This document shows positions 52,239 to 64,000 of a stretch of 64,000 nt of DNA, piece after piece. The DNA lies in NCBI GenBank assembly GCA_951406725.2, contig OX597825.1, positions 1,178,001 to 1,242,000 of the forward strand. The letters run 5' to 3'. Under the pieces are notes generated by a model. The model had not been told where the DNA came from. It was given only the letters and a program-made list of their open reading frames with translations, and made no database searches. The number at the start of each line of letters is the position of its first letter. Position 1 is the stretch's first letter. A program made the translations under genes and the position numbers. The DNA comes from Octopus vulgaris. Taxonomy: Eukaryota.

Positions 52239-52399
52239 CATTATTATTATTATTATTGTTATTATTATTATTAGTCATTTGTCCAACCCATGCTAGCATG
52301 GAAAACGGACGTTAAACAATGATGATGATGATGATTTCTCCTCATCTCAGACTCATAAAATCAAGTGCTTATCAATTTTGCCAATTTATTCTACTTGTT

Positions 52400-52570
52400 T
52401 TATGACTAAATTTTGTCAGAAATGATGAATATTGATAGAAGAAAATTTAAGCAGAAGTTAAGTATGACTGAAGTGTTAGTTGACAGTGAGGGTGATGTAC
52501 ATATTCCCAAATGTAATGACCACTTCATTCTTAGTCAACTGGTTCTGAAACGAAGACAATTTCCTGGTTG
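52400..52570 (+). mobile_element. Helitron PIF1-helicase C-terminal remnant
   Basis: EGDVHIPK.....LKRRQFP resembles the Helitron G..V.IPRI...F.RRQFP motif. Confidence 0.5.
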
Positions 52571-52754
52571 ATTCAAACAGGCCATTATATCCATCCAATG
52601 GAGCTAATGAACAATCATGTACATAAACTGCTAGAAACAGCAGTCAAATTTTTCACAAATCACACCTAAGCAACTTAACAAAACAAAACTTTCTCACAAA
52701 TATTAATATAGACTTAGCTACACTTCTCTTGTTGGTGAGTTATATCTGGAAATG

Positions 52755-52786
<32 letters not shown>

Positions 52787-52832
52787 TATGGTTTTGTTAC
52801 ATGGCGCTGACTTTTACAATCCTGTAAATAAT

Positions 52833-53088
52833 TATGATGGTATTTATATAAACCTAAAGCTTATAACAATCACCGTACCATGACTAGGGAAGATAGTCTA
52901 ATAATGGGGCATATAAGCCCTCAACACCAAAATGTAGTCGTGTTAACAAAGGGATGTGAGTTCAAGTCCCATGTGGATGGGAAAGCCTACTTTTTTCTGT
53001 TGAGGGCTTATATACCCCATTAGACTATTTTCCCCAGTCATTGCATGCTGATTGCTATAAGCTTTAAGCTTATATAAATACCATTATA
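52833..53088. mobile_element. MITE-like element with ~95-bp imperfect TIRs
   Basis: atggtatttatataa..tagtcta..atggggcatataagccctcaaca versus tgttgagggcttatataccccattagacta..ttatataaataccat; TA-rich flanks. Confidence 0.85.
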
Positions 53089-53099
53089 TATATTATATA

Positions 53100-53255
53100 A
53101 GTATGTCTGTGTGGTAAGAATATTGCTTTCCAGCCACATGGTTCCAGGTTCAGTCTCACTGTGTGGCACCTTGGGCAAGTATCTTCAACTATAGCTTTGA
53201 GCTGACCAAAGCCTTGTGAGTAGATTTGGTAGATGAAAACTGAAAGAAGCCCATC

Positions 53256-53298
<43 letters not shown>

Positions 53299-53535
53299 CA
53301 TGTGTGTGTGTGTGTGTGTGTGTGTTGTGTGTTTTGCCCCCCCCCCCCACCATCACTTGACAACCAATGTTGGTGTGTTTACGTCCCCGAAAGTTAATGG
53401 TGTGGCTAAAGAAACCAATAGAATAAGTACTGGGCTTGCAAAGAATAAGTCCTAGGGTCTATTTGTTCCACTCAAGGTGGTGCTCCAGCATGGCCACAGT
53501 CAAATGATTGAAACAAACTAAAGAACAAAAGAATA
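53100..53535 (+). mobile_element. CORE-type tRNA SINE
   Basis: Colinear with 19403-19820. Confidence 0.85.
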
Positions 53536-54625
53536 TGCCCCACTTATCCTCCAACACTTCACATTGTTTTCCCTTGTCATCTCCTCCTCAATCTACCCCT
53601 AGCTCCTTCCTTCATTTCCCTTCCTCCAAACTGATACTCCCTGCATCCAACATAATCCCCATCTAGCACGATTACCAACTCACCCTCCTTTTCTCATCTG
53701 CTATCCTATTCTCTCTCTTACATTCACTTTGGACCTTCACCTCACATATCTCTTTCTCTCCCTTTTTCCAGACGGAGAAGCCATGTATTCACCTCTTCAG
53801 CAAGACCCCTGCTCCTGCCTCTCTATAATACTTTCATATCCCTCTTTACTATACCCTGCTCAGTTGAAAGGGTTTGTCTTGCAGATACTTGGTCACCTTA
53901 CCAATACTGGTGCCACAAACAAGGCACTCAGTACACACTGTTAAGTGGTTGGCATTAGGAGAGGAAAGTTATCCAACTGTAGAAACCTAAGTAGATACTG
54001 AAGCTCAGCATAGCTCCCCCACCCCAGTTTGTCAGTTCATGTCGACCCATCCAATGCATGCCAGCATGGGAAAAGTGACATTGTATGATGATGATGACGA
54101 TGGTGATAGGTAAATATATATATATATATATAGCCGAATCAAAATATATAAACAGTTGCCAGTACCTCCCAAATGGAATTCCAATTCTTATATCTCTAAT
54201 TTTCATCAGCAGGTAAAGGTATTGATGTGTGAAAATATTCAAACTTTGAGGAATTATCTATGCTATAAACAGCTGAATATTCATATTGGTACCTTTAGCA
54301 GGATCTGCTCTGTTGCAAATAATTGGACCAGGCCTCTCGTCTATGAGTCATAATATAATCCACCTTTTATGCCCACCAGTGTCAGAAAATCATATAAAAC
54401 TTTGTAGACTCTTGCCTTCTTCTTCTGACTAAACATTAAAAAAATATCTTTTATGTACAGCCACAATAAATGATATTCTTGTTGTTAGGCAAAAATGAAA
54501 ATGTGTAGAAATACAACTTTATGAACAAAACTTTAAATGTGAATGTTCAATAAGCAATATGAACTATTACATATGTTTTATTACTATGAAGGAGAATATA
54601 GATATAGACAAATGGATAGATGGAT

Positions 54626-54692
<67 letters not shown>

Positions 54693-54926
54693 AATAGACA
54701 GACAGATAGATATATCAGCCATATAACCACACACATACTTTTCACGGACTGTTTTTTTTCTTCTCTCTGGACCTTTCCTCTTTCTTCTTTCTGAAGAAGA
54801 GCCATGTTCAAAATGTTACACACCCTCCTCTTTTTCCTATTTTAAGCTGAATGTGTCAACCGAATACATTCACTGTGTATGTCCTATTCACTTTTGTTGT
54901 TTTGCTTTTATTTCTATTTTGTGTAT

Positions 54927-54975
<49 letters not shown>

Positions 54976-56394
54976 CATTCATATATATATGTGTGTGTGT
55001 GTGTGTGAGTGTGTGTATAGGCAGATCGAAAATAAAATTAAAAATGTATATATATTAATTGAATTATCATCAAGATGATATTTCAATGGATCATTATAAT
55101 AATCTACGAAACAAATTTGTCAAACTTTCAGTTTCTTTAGATTTTAAACATTTCACAACATGCAGGGTTTCTCTTGATATTCCATTCATATATTTGTATA
55201 TTTAATAGAAATGTTACAACAACAATTTTTGAGAAGGTTTCAAATTAAGAATCTACAAAATTAGGAATCAAATTAGTACCTACAAAAGATTTAAATTTGA
55301 AGTTCTTGAAAACCATCAGGTGGTAGCAATTTATCTGGAGAATACTAGAAATATTGTTAACAAGAAAATTTGAGTAATTATCAAGTAAAAGATGTTATAA
55401 AGATAATATGGAAGGCTTCAAGTTATGAATCTACAAAATTATGAATTATTGAATTACAAGTTGTATCTGATTTAATTTCGATGTCCTTGAAATCTACCGG
55501 AGCTGTGTGAATGAAGAACTGAGAACAATAACAGATATGTTTGGTTTATTCTTTTACTGATTTCTCTGTTATTAGACTAGAACCATGCTGGAGCACCATT
55601 TTCAAGAGTTTCAGTGGGGCATCTCAAATCCAGGATTTGATTTCACTCTGGTCATTATTTTATCAAGGTTCAGCAAGAGTCGAACTGCCAAATTACAGAA
55701 CGTAAAGGTGCACAACATCAACAACAACAACAACGGTTCTAAGACTAGTGTAAAACATAAACACAGGGATGGACATGGACACCCACATATCATCATTATT
55801 TTTATGCTCACTTTTTACATGCTTGGGCTGAAGGAGGCTTTTTGAGGCGCCATTCTACAGCCAAGATGGAAACTAGCTTGGTTTAAAGTAAAGTACTTTA
55901 TTCTCGATCCTTGCATGTACATGAGTGTGTGCATGTGTGTATGTACACCTACATGCACACACACACACACACACACACACATCCAGAAGGAGCTTTTGAA
56001 TACTTTATTTGCTCATAAGGTGATCACTAACCCGGGGCCATAGGGAACACATTCCCTCAGAGATGCTGTGCAGTAGGATTAACTACGGAACTGTGTGGTT
56101 ACAATTGATAATGATAAGCTTTGTAACAAAAAGGAAATCTACTTTTGGTGGCTGATAGAGAGATATATGTATTGTGATTTGTAAATAGACAGATGAGAGT
56201 ATATCGTTCATATAACATTAGCTGAGTTTTTCATAAATATAAATATTCCATCTAATAATGCTTCGTAGAGAGAGTCATAACTTTTTGGAAATAATAAAAA
56301 AGAAATAAAAAAAGAATACTAAATGTGAAATGAAGGTAATTTCTGAACCAAGAAATGTTCCTGATTATAGTGCCAGTGCTACTATCAATAAATC

Positions 56395-56398
<4 letters not shown>

Positions 56399-56482
<84 letters not shown>
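56399..56482. repeat. (GA)n microsatellite
   Basis: Directly visible. Confidence 0.99.
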
Positions 56483-56484
<2 letters not shown>

Positions 56485-56884
56485 CAATAAAAACAGCAAG
56501 CTAAATCACCCTCAAATAATACCATATTGTAGGAAACAATTTAGAATATGAGAATATGACAAGCATCCTATAAATAAAGGGACCTTCTACGTGATAACTT
56601 GTCCTGCTTGAAACAGCACTCAAATCTCCTATACATGATCACATATTGTTGTAAATAAGGGAAGGGCACATTAGAAACTGTAGTCCTAGAAATCCCTAAA
56701 ATGATCGTATGCTTGGAGCTGGGATGTGTGGTAATAAGTCTGTTTGATCAGTGCTCCAGCTGTGCTGTTCAAAAAAAGCCCTAGTTTCGGAGAGACTTTA
56801 TATCGTTACTTGAATTACTCAAAATAGAAGCTAAATCTGCCAACATTTTAAAATAAAAAGATGCTCATTTAATAAAAATGTCTT

Positions 56885-57215
56885 CGATACACTATTCTCA
56901 AAGAAGTTGGAATGGTGACAGCAAGAATGCATCTGATTAAGTCTCAGTTTGATCATTGTCGATCTGTGGTTAAACAACAACATATAAGATATATTTTCCA
57001 ATTTCTTATATATCTTCTCACCATCAAATGCTCAACAGATAATATATTTTTTGATAAACTATTCTCAAAAGAGATGGAATGGTTACAGCTAGAATTCGTT
57101 TGTTCAAACCTCTGCTTGATCAGTGCCGATCTGTTGTGAAACGGTTCTCACATAAAGTATATCTTCCATTTTCTCATATGTTTTATATTTTCTCATCTTC
57201 CAGTGAACACACCCA
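56885..57215. repeat. Diverged tandem duplication, ~167-bp unit
   Basis: actattctcaaa..ggaatggt.acagc.agaat..ttgatca.tg.cgatctgt..tatat.ttcca.ttt occurs twice. Confidence 0.75.
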
Positions 57216-58682
57216 AGGAAGATACTACAAATTATATTTGAACTGCACGTGTTTATAATAATAATTTGGCCTTGACTGTTCCAAGACAACACTTCCTATT
57301 GGTGCCAATAACTATAACTCTGCTTTTTGACAATTACATAGAACTTTTATTAATGCTGTGTTTTTTTTATTTTTTAGTTTTCTACAGAGAAGAGAATCTT
57401 TACACAGAACACTATATTTATTCTTTTCATATGCATTATTATCAAATGAATTAATATTTTACCCAGATTATGAAAATGACATTGCAAGTGTGTGGTGTCA
57501 ATTGTCTCAACAGACCATAAATTATTTGTTGCCAAATGTAAAATGTAAAAAAAAAAGGCAATTTTTTTTTTCCTTAATAAAGTGCATTATGAAGCATTCC
57601 TTTCCTGAAAGGATTCCAAACCAATTTCAAATGAATAAAATATTGAATGTGAAATTTAAAAGTTTGAAGTGTAATTTGAATAAAACAGAAAAATATAACA
57701 TGTTAAAATGATATTTAAAGAAAAAAAAAAAGAAAAAAGTTTTTATTTGGTTCACAAAGAAAATTAGTCTCACTGACATTCATATTTTCTGAATTCATTT
57801 TTGGTTAATGTGTTATCAGCAGAAGAAAGAAACAACATTTAATGACCACTTCAACAATATTAGCTCTACATTGTTTCAGTAACAAAGGACTCTCATACGT
57901 TTTTGATTGGTCAGGTTTTATTCTGATGGTAAAGAAAGATACAAAAAAAGTATAAAAAAAGAAAGAAAAAAACCTGTAGTTATTGATCTAAATGAATAAC
58001 CTAAGATGCTTCCAAATTCTTGTTCAAGCTATAAATCCAGATAACAGTTGTTTCTTTAAAAAAAAAAAAAAATTAAAACTAAAAGACAAGAATTTTTTTT
58101 TTAAAAGGACCGACTAAAATGAAAAATAAATATTCTATCAAGACTATAATGCAAAATGGTAATGAATATTAGATGCCAGGGAAAAAAAATGAATAATTAT
58201 AATGATGATAATTTCCAATAATAGACAATATTTCATGAGCTGCAACATTTAAAAGGAAGATACTTTTTTAAAAAAGTAATTTTTTATTACAAATGTCTAC
58301 AAATATATATTTGGAAATTCATTTTACGCTATTTTTTGATATGTCATAGATTTTCATATTTTTTCTCATTTCACCTTGTAATTATATCTTTTTCCAGTTA
58401 ATGTCTTATGTCTACAATAACTGAATCATCATCATCCTCATCATTTTAATTTCCACATTCCTATACTTGCAAAGTTTGAATGAAATTTGTGGAGGTTGAT
58501 TTTCTATGGATGCCTTTCCTGTTGCCAACCCTCAAGGCAATATTTCCCTGTAGCTAAACATGATTCCACAGAAAACTGGACACAAAATACACTGTTTGTA
58601 TGGTGGTGATGCCCATGTACAACCATTATGCAATGGCAAGAAAATGAGACACTAAAACACACTTACACACAACAGGCTTCTT

Positions 58683-58991
58683 CCAGTTTCCTTAAACCAA
58701 ATTCCTCTTAAAGCTGTGTTCAGTCCAGAGCTATAGCAGAAGACACTTGCCCAAAGTTCCACACACAGGTACTGGACCTAAAAACCATGGGATTAGGAAG
58801 GAAATCTCTCAACCATGCAACCATGTCTGCACATAAATATGTTTATATAATATATTTTTGGTTGACATGGTTCATTCTTTATATTTGACCAATCTAGAGT
58901 CATTTTGTTTTTGCCATCATTTATTCTCATAATATATATATATTAATGTCAAGACTGACTTGATATATGTGTGTATATATATATATGATGA

Positions 58992-59032
<41 letters not shown>

Positions 59033-59631
59033 TATACATATACACACATTATACTGACAAATGGATAATAATGTTACTAAACTTAGGTACTGTCTTAGAG
59101 ATGAATGTCTGTCTATGAAATACTTAAGGAATTCACTGATACAATGCACATATTTTGAGAATAAGCCAACGATGGATCCTCTTTGTGATTGTTTGAGGTG
59201 CTAGAAATACCAGGCAAGTCTCTTTTTCAAATCCCTTTCTACATTGAATACAGTATTGGGTATACCATTCCCAAAACAAGAGAAACTTGTTCAGAGTTGA
59301 AAAGATAGATAAAGAAATAGATAAACCTTTGGTCATCCATTTGGTCAACCAGAAATAAAAAATGACATTAATATATATATATTATGAGAATAAATGATGG
59401 CAAAAACAAAATGACTCTAGATTGGTCAAATATAAAGAATGAACCATGTCAACCAAAAATATATTATATAAACATATTTATGTGCAGACATGGTTGCATG
59501 GTTGAGAGATTTCCTTCCTAATCCCATGGTTTTTAGGTCCAGTACCTGTGTGTGGAACTTTGGGCAAGTGTCTTCTGCTATAGCTCTGGACTGAACACAG
59601 CTTTAAGAGGAATTTGGTTTAAGGAAACTGG
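58683..59631. repeat. Apparently perfect ~269-bp inverted duplication (58683-58951 / 59363-59631)
   Basis: No mismatch seen by eye; includes part of a diverged SINE plus adjacent unique flank. Confidence 0.97.
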
Positions 59632-59799
59632 CTCCCATGCAAGTAAAAAACACCTTTTGAGCATGGTTATTGCCAGAACCACCTGACTGGCCTTTGTGCC
59701 AGTGGCACATAAAAAGCACCTACTACACTCTTGGAGTGATTGGCATAAAGAAGGGCATCCAGCTGTAGAAACTCTGCCAGACCAGATAGGAGCCTGGTG

Positions 59800-60350
59800 C
59801 AGGGGAACGGGCCGGGTTGGGAGGTTGGGTTAAGGAAGAAGCTGTGGACCAACAAGTCTCGTTTGAAGGAGGGGAGGGGTTGGTTAGGGAAGATGTGCGA
59901 AGTGGAAGGGTCGGACTGGACTTGCTGGAAGGCTCGGAGAATGGTGCATTGGAGAAGTAGGGTGGTGGGGTGGTAGGTGAGGGGAAACAGGAGATGGCAG
60001 GATGGGTGCAGGGGGAGGGAGCAGATGCATGATTCATGGAACTTGCTCTGGCAAGGGCGGTGTGGATGGTGGTGAGGGGATATCCACGTAGGATGAAGTG
60101 GTGAGCCATGGGTTGAGACTGAGTCTCAAAGTCATGGTTGTCACTACAGAGCCTGCATAGACGGAGGAATTGGGAATAGGGGATGGAAAGCTTGGTATGT
60201 TTAGGATGGGTGGAGGAGAATTGGAGGGCAGGATGGAAAGATTTGAGAAAAGAGAGGAAGGAGTGTAGATGTTCATGGGAGAGTGAGGTCACACCGATAC
60301 AGTCGTCAATATAACGGCCGAATAGCAGTTGAGAAACAGGTGGTGTAGAC
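59800..60350 (-). mobile_element. Penelope-like element RT remnant with internal deletions
   Basis: GRYIDDCIG..FLKSFHPALQF, HPKHTKLSIPYSQFLRLCRLCSD..DFE, RGYP: diagnostic PLE RT palm/thumb motifs. Confidence 0.9.
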
Positions 60351-63229
60351 AACAAACAGGTAAAAATTATGAACATGAATACCTGTATTAGGTTTATGCT
60401 CAGAAAAGATAGAAGAAAAAGTCTTTTTATGTTTTGAGCATATGATGATGATGATGATGTAGAGAAAGAAAAGAAGAGGAGAGGACAGAAAGAGGAGGGA
60501 GAAAAGAACAAACATTCTCAATTAGATGGTCACTGGATGCTGAAATGACTGGAAGTAGGAAGAAGTTGTTAGAGGCATGAGTGGCATGGGAAGAAACTGT
60601 GAGAGGTGACCCAAGAGGTGTGTGACAAGGGGGATAACTGTGAACAGGCTTATGTGTCCATGTTTCCTGTTTATGTGTGTATATGAGGAAACCCAGTCTG
60701 TGTAAGCATACACGTGGGTGTATGAAGCTATCGTGCACTTGTATATTGTGAATGCTTGTGTATGTGTGTGCATGAGGGTGTGTTTGTACATGTGTAAAAG
60801 TGTGTATGCATGAGTGTGTGCTGTTCTCTGTTTGTGCATGTGTGTCTATGAGGATGCTATGTTTTATATATATATGTATGTATGCATGTATGTATGTATG
60901 TATGCATATATATATGCATATGCATGTATGTATTACAAATATATTACATATGAAAGTGTATGTTAGTATGTTATAAATGTGTGTGTTATACGGAAACTAA
61001 GTATAATTCAGTTTTGTCTCTTGTGACAAATAAATCAATATATGAGAAAGTAATATTTATTTGTTTTAGACATGACATTATGAAGAACACAGGACTCAAA
61101 TTCAAAGACAATATAGAATGAAGCTGATTTTTGATGCTATTTCGATTTGGCCTATTTTCAGTTTTCTCTGATGTTATTCAAATACAGCCAACTGAAATAC
61201 TTCGGTTCTCATTAACAGAATGAAAAATGCTTCAAAAATGAATAAGTTAAACACCTCATACACGTTTAACATTTCAAAATAGATACAAATGCATAAAATT
61301 CAATAATTAATTCATACAGCAGGAAATATAAAGCTGATATGACATATAAATGGATGCATAAATGTATGTATTTTGTATTCATGGTTCTATGGGTGCATGG
61401 TTATGCATCACTGCGTGGTTATATATGAATGTGTGGTGTTGTGTGTTTGTGTGTGTACGTGTGTATTGTGATATACATATATATATATATATCGTTTTAT
61501 ATGTATAGTTACTTGAGTGTGTGGTTCTACATATGTATGTGTGTGTATGTCTCTGTGGTTGTTGCTGGTATTACTGTTTTAGCCCCTGATCAGCAGACTC
61601 GTGATCAAAGACATTCCATCCACAACCAATCTCTCCCTTTGTAGATCTAAGAAGACATTAGCCAATGGGTCTTTCCTTTTTAAGATGCGGTAGGAGGAGA
61701 TTTGAAGGAATTTGGTCGGTGTTCCTGGGAGGAAGCATCACTGCAGAGTGGCTCCTTCATTAGCTCTTTATGTGTGTAGTTATTCATGTGGCATACATGT
61801 GTGTATTGCTATACGGATGTGTGAGTATACGTGCATATGTGTCGTTCAACATTGATGGATTGGTGTGGTGCGCTGTGGCTGTGAATGTGTGTGTCTGTGT
61901 GATTCGACATTGTGTGTTTGTGCTTATACGTTATGCGTGTGTCTTGTTCTGCCTGAATGTGTGTGTGTGGTTATACATGCATGTGAGTATGGTTTTACAT
62001 ATTGGGTGTTATACACGGGCATATGGGTATATATATATGTGTGTGTGTGTGTATGTATATGTGGTTATACACATATGAGAGTGTTATACATGTGTGTGTG
62101 TATGTGTGTAGTCATATATATGTGAGATTATCCATGCAATAAATAGAGAAAATCTCCCTATTAGGAATTTTAAAATTCAAAACCTAAGCAAGAGTGATAA
62201 TGCCAACATTATCAGCCAATCAAAATTGTTATAAAAGGACGATGCCTACAGGAGTGGATCTAATTTCGTCATCTTCCATTAGGCTTGTCAAGTAAAAGAG
62301 AAAAAAGCATTACATTATAGATTTTTAAATAGTGCATCCAACATCAACCAGAATAAGAAACAATTTCACAAACCAATTAGGAAGCCTCTACATGGTTGTT
62401 ACATCTGCTAGAAATAGCAGTCAAATGCTTCCCAGGAAGGACACGGGATAAAGTAGTCCTAATTATGGAATGTTCAAAAGAACAAAGGGGTCAATACTGA
62501 TTGCCTTTGATCACAGAATTGTTCAGTTGGTGTTGATGTAGAACTTGCTGCCCCCACCATGAACATAGCTAACATACTTCTAGAGAAATAGCTGCAACAG
62601 AAGAGCTTAGTTAATAACAAACCTCTTTAGCTGATCTGAAAAATACCTTTCATAGGATCCCTTCAGTTTATAATTTGAGGAAATTAAGCACAGATTAATG
62701 TATCCGGGTGTTGCACACATCATATATTAGGGTGGTCAAAGACTGGCTGTGAAATTTGTGAGAATGAAAGGCAGAGCCAAGTGTTTACCAGGGTTATTTG
62801 CTTTTCCCCCAGTTTTTTCTTGAAGCAATGACACAAAAGTTTAAAACTGGATGTCCACAGCAACTTTTACAGACAGATAACCTAATTTTTATTGCAGGTT
62901 CTAATGACATGCTGAAGACAAAATCCCAGATTTCAAACAATGGCTTAGATTCCAAAACAAAGACCTAAGATGTAATTAGTAGAATGTCATCTGAAAAGTA
63001 ACTTTTACTAATATTAGAAAGGAGGTATGGGAGGATCAAAAGTGTACGGTCAGTTTAAATAATGAGGATACTATTGCAATATGACTGACGAAGGTTTCAC
63101 AAGTGTTAACTGCACAAGAACAGTAATATAGAAGCATCTTGCGATCAAAGTATATTGCAATGGAAGCATCCTTGGAATTGCTTAAATGGTTTGCTTCATG
63201 AAGCTGATAAATCTGTGGTCACTACTTCA

Positions 63230-63478
63230 TCTTTTATCTTTGACTTTTGTGGCAATCATTTGACTGTGGCCATGCTGGGGTACTACCTTGAAAAGTTTTT
63301 TAATCAAACAAATTGACCTCAGGGCTTATTTTACTTATTCTATCAGTGTCTTTTGCTGAACTGCTAAGTTACAAGGACGTAAACACACCAACATCAGTTG
63401 TCAAATGGTGGTGGTGGTGGTGGTGGAAATACACAAACATGCAACATAGATATATACATATACATATCTATCTATCTA

Positions 63479-63516
<38 letters not shown>

Positions 63517-63672
63517 TCTTCTTTCAGTTTCTGTCTACCAGATCCACTCATAAGGCTTTGTTCGACCTGAGATAATAGTAGAAGACACTTGCCCAAGGTG
63601 CCACTCAGTGGGATCGAATCTCAAAGAATGTGGTTGGGAAGCAAGCTTCTTACCACACAGCCACATCTGTGC
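63230..63672 (-). mobile_element. CORE-type tRNA SINE
   Basis: Reverse complement of the family at 19403-19820. Confidence 0.85.
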
Positions 63673-64000
63673 CTACTTCTGTAAAAACGTTTATGCAATT
63701 CTGGGCAAAGAAAAGTATCTTTCTCTTTGCTAAAGCAAACTCTATGGAGTATCTGGAATTAATAAGTAACGTGATTATTGAGTGTGGAGTGTGTGCAAGG
63801 ATGCTACAGTAAAAAAAAAAAAAGAGGTGCTTATAAAGCTGTTGGGTGTGCAATACCAATATATAGGAAGATATTGAAATGAGAGTGTGATTGGGAATTA
63901 AGAGTGTTGGCTGAGGTATATAGGAATGACAACAGCATTATACGGTCAGGATCAAGAGAATATGACAGAAGATCTAGGAAGAAGTAATGAGGTCAGATTT

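Noticed and set aside
59085-59350. Possible exon in the spacer of the perfect inverted duplication
   Set aside because: Stops in all long frames, and the sequence resembles a common dispersed repeat in this window

Overview
AT-rich, CpG-poor eukaryotic non-coding DNA with dense (AT)n/(AC)n/(AG)n/(ATC)n microsatellites. The repeat families (CORE-type tRNA SINEs, RTE-tail repeats ending in (ATG)n, Penelope remnants) look like those of an Octopus genome; this is recognition from memory, not a database result. No intact protein-coding gene is visible, and almost all listed ORFs are microsatellite or repeat translations. The window reads like the inside of one or more very long introns. It is filled with decayed RTE, CR1, R4-like and Penelope retroelements, Tc1/mariner and piggyBac remnants, two complete non-autonomous Helitrons (one inserted cleanly into a piggyBac ORF), a Helentron-like mini-element and MITEs. 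Two signals are not explained by the TE catalogue. (1) A series of local inverted duplications and hairpins of different ages, from apparently perfect to clearly diverged, some of which copy across TE/flank junctions. (2) Minus-strand splicing signals: a 15-nt microexon candidate with a UGC-containing acceptor, a weaker second one, and AG|GT ratchet-point-like sites. All splicing calls are motif-based hypotheses. Coordinates of decayed repeats are approximate.
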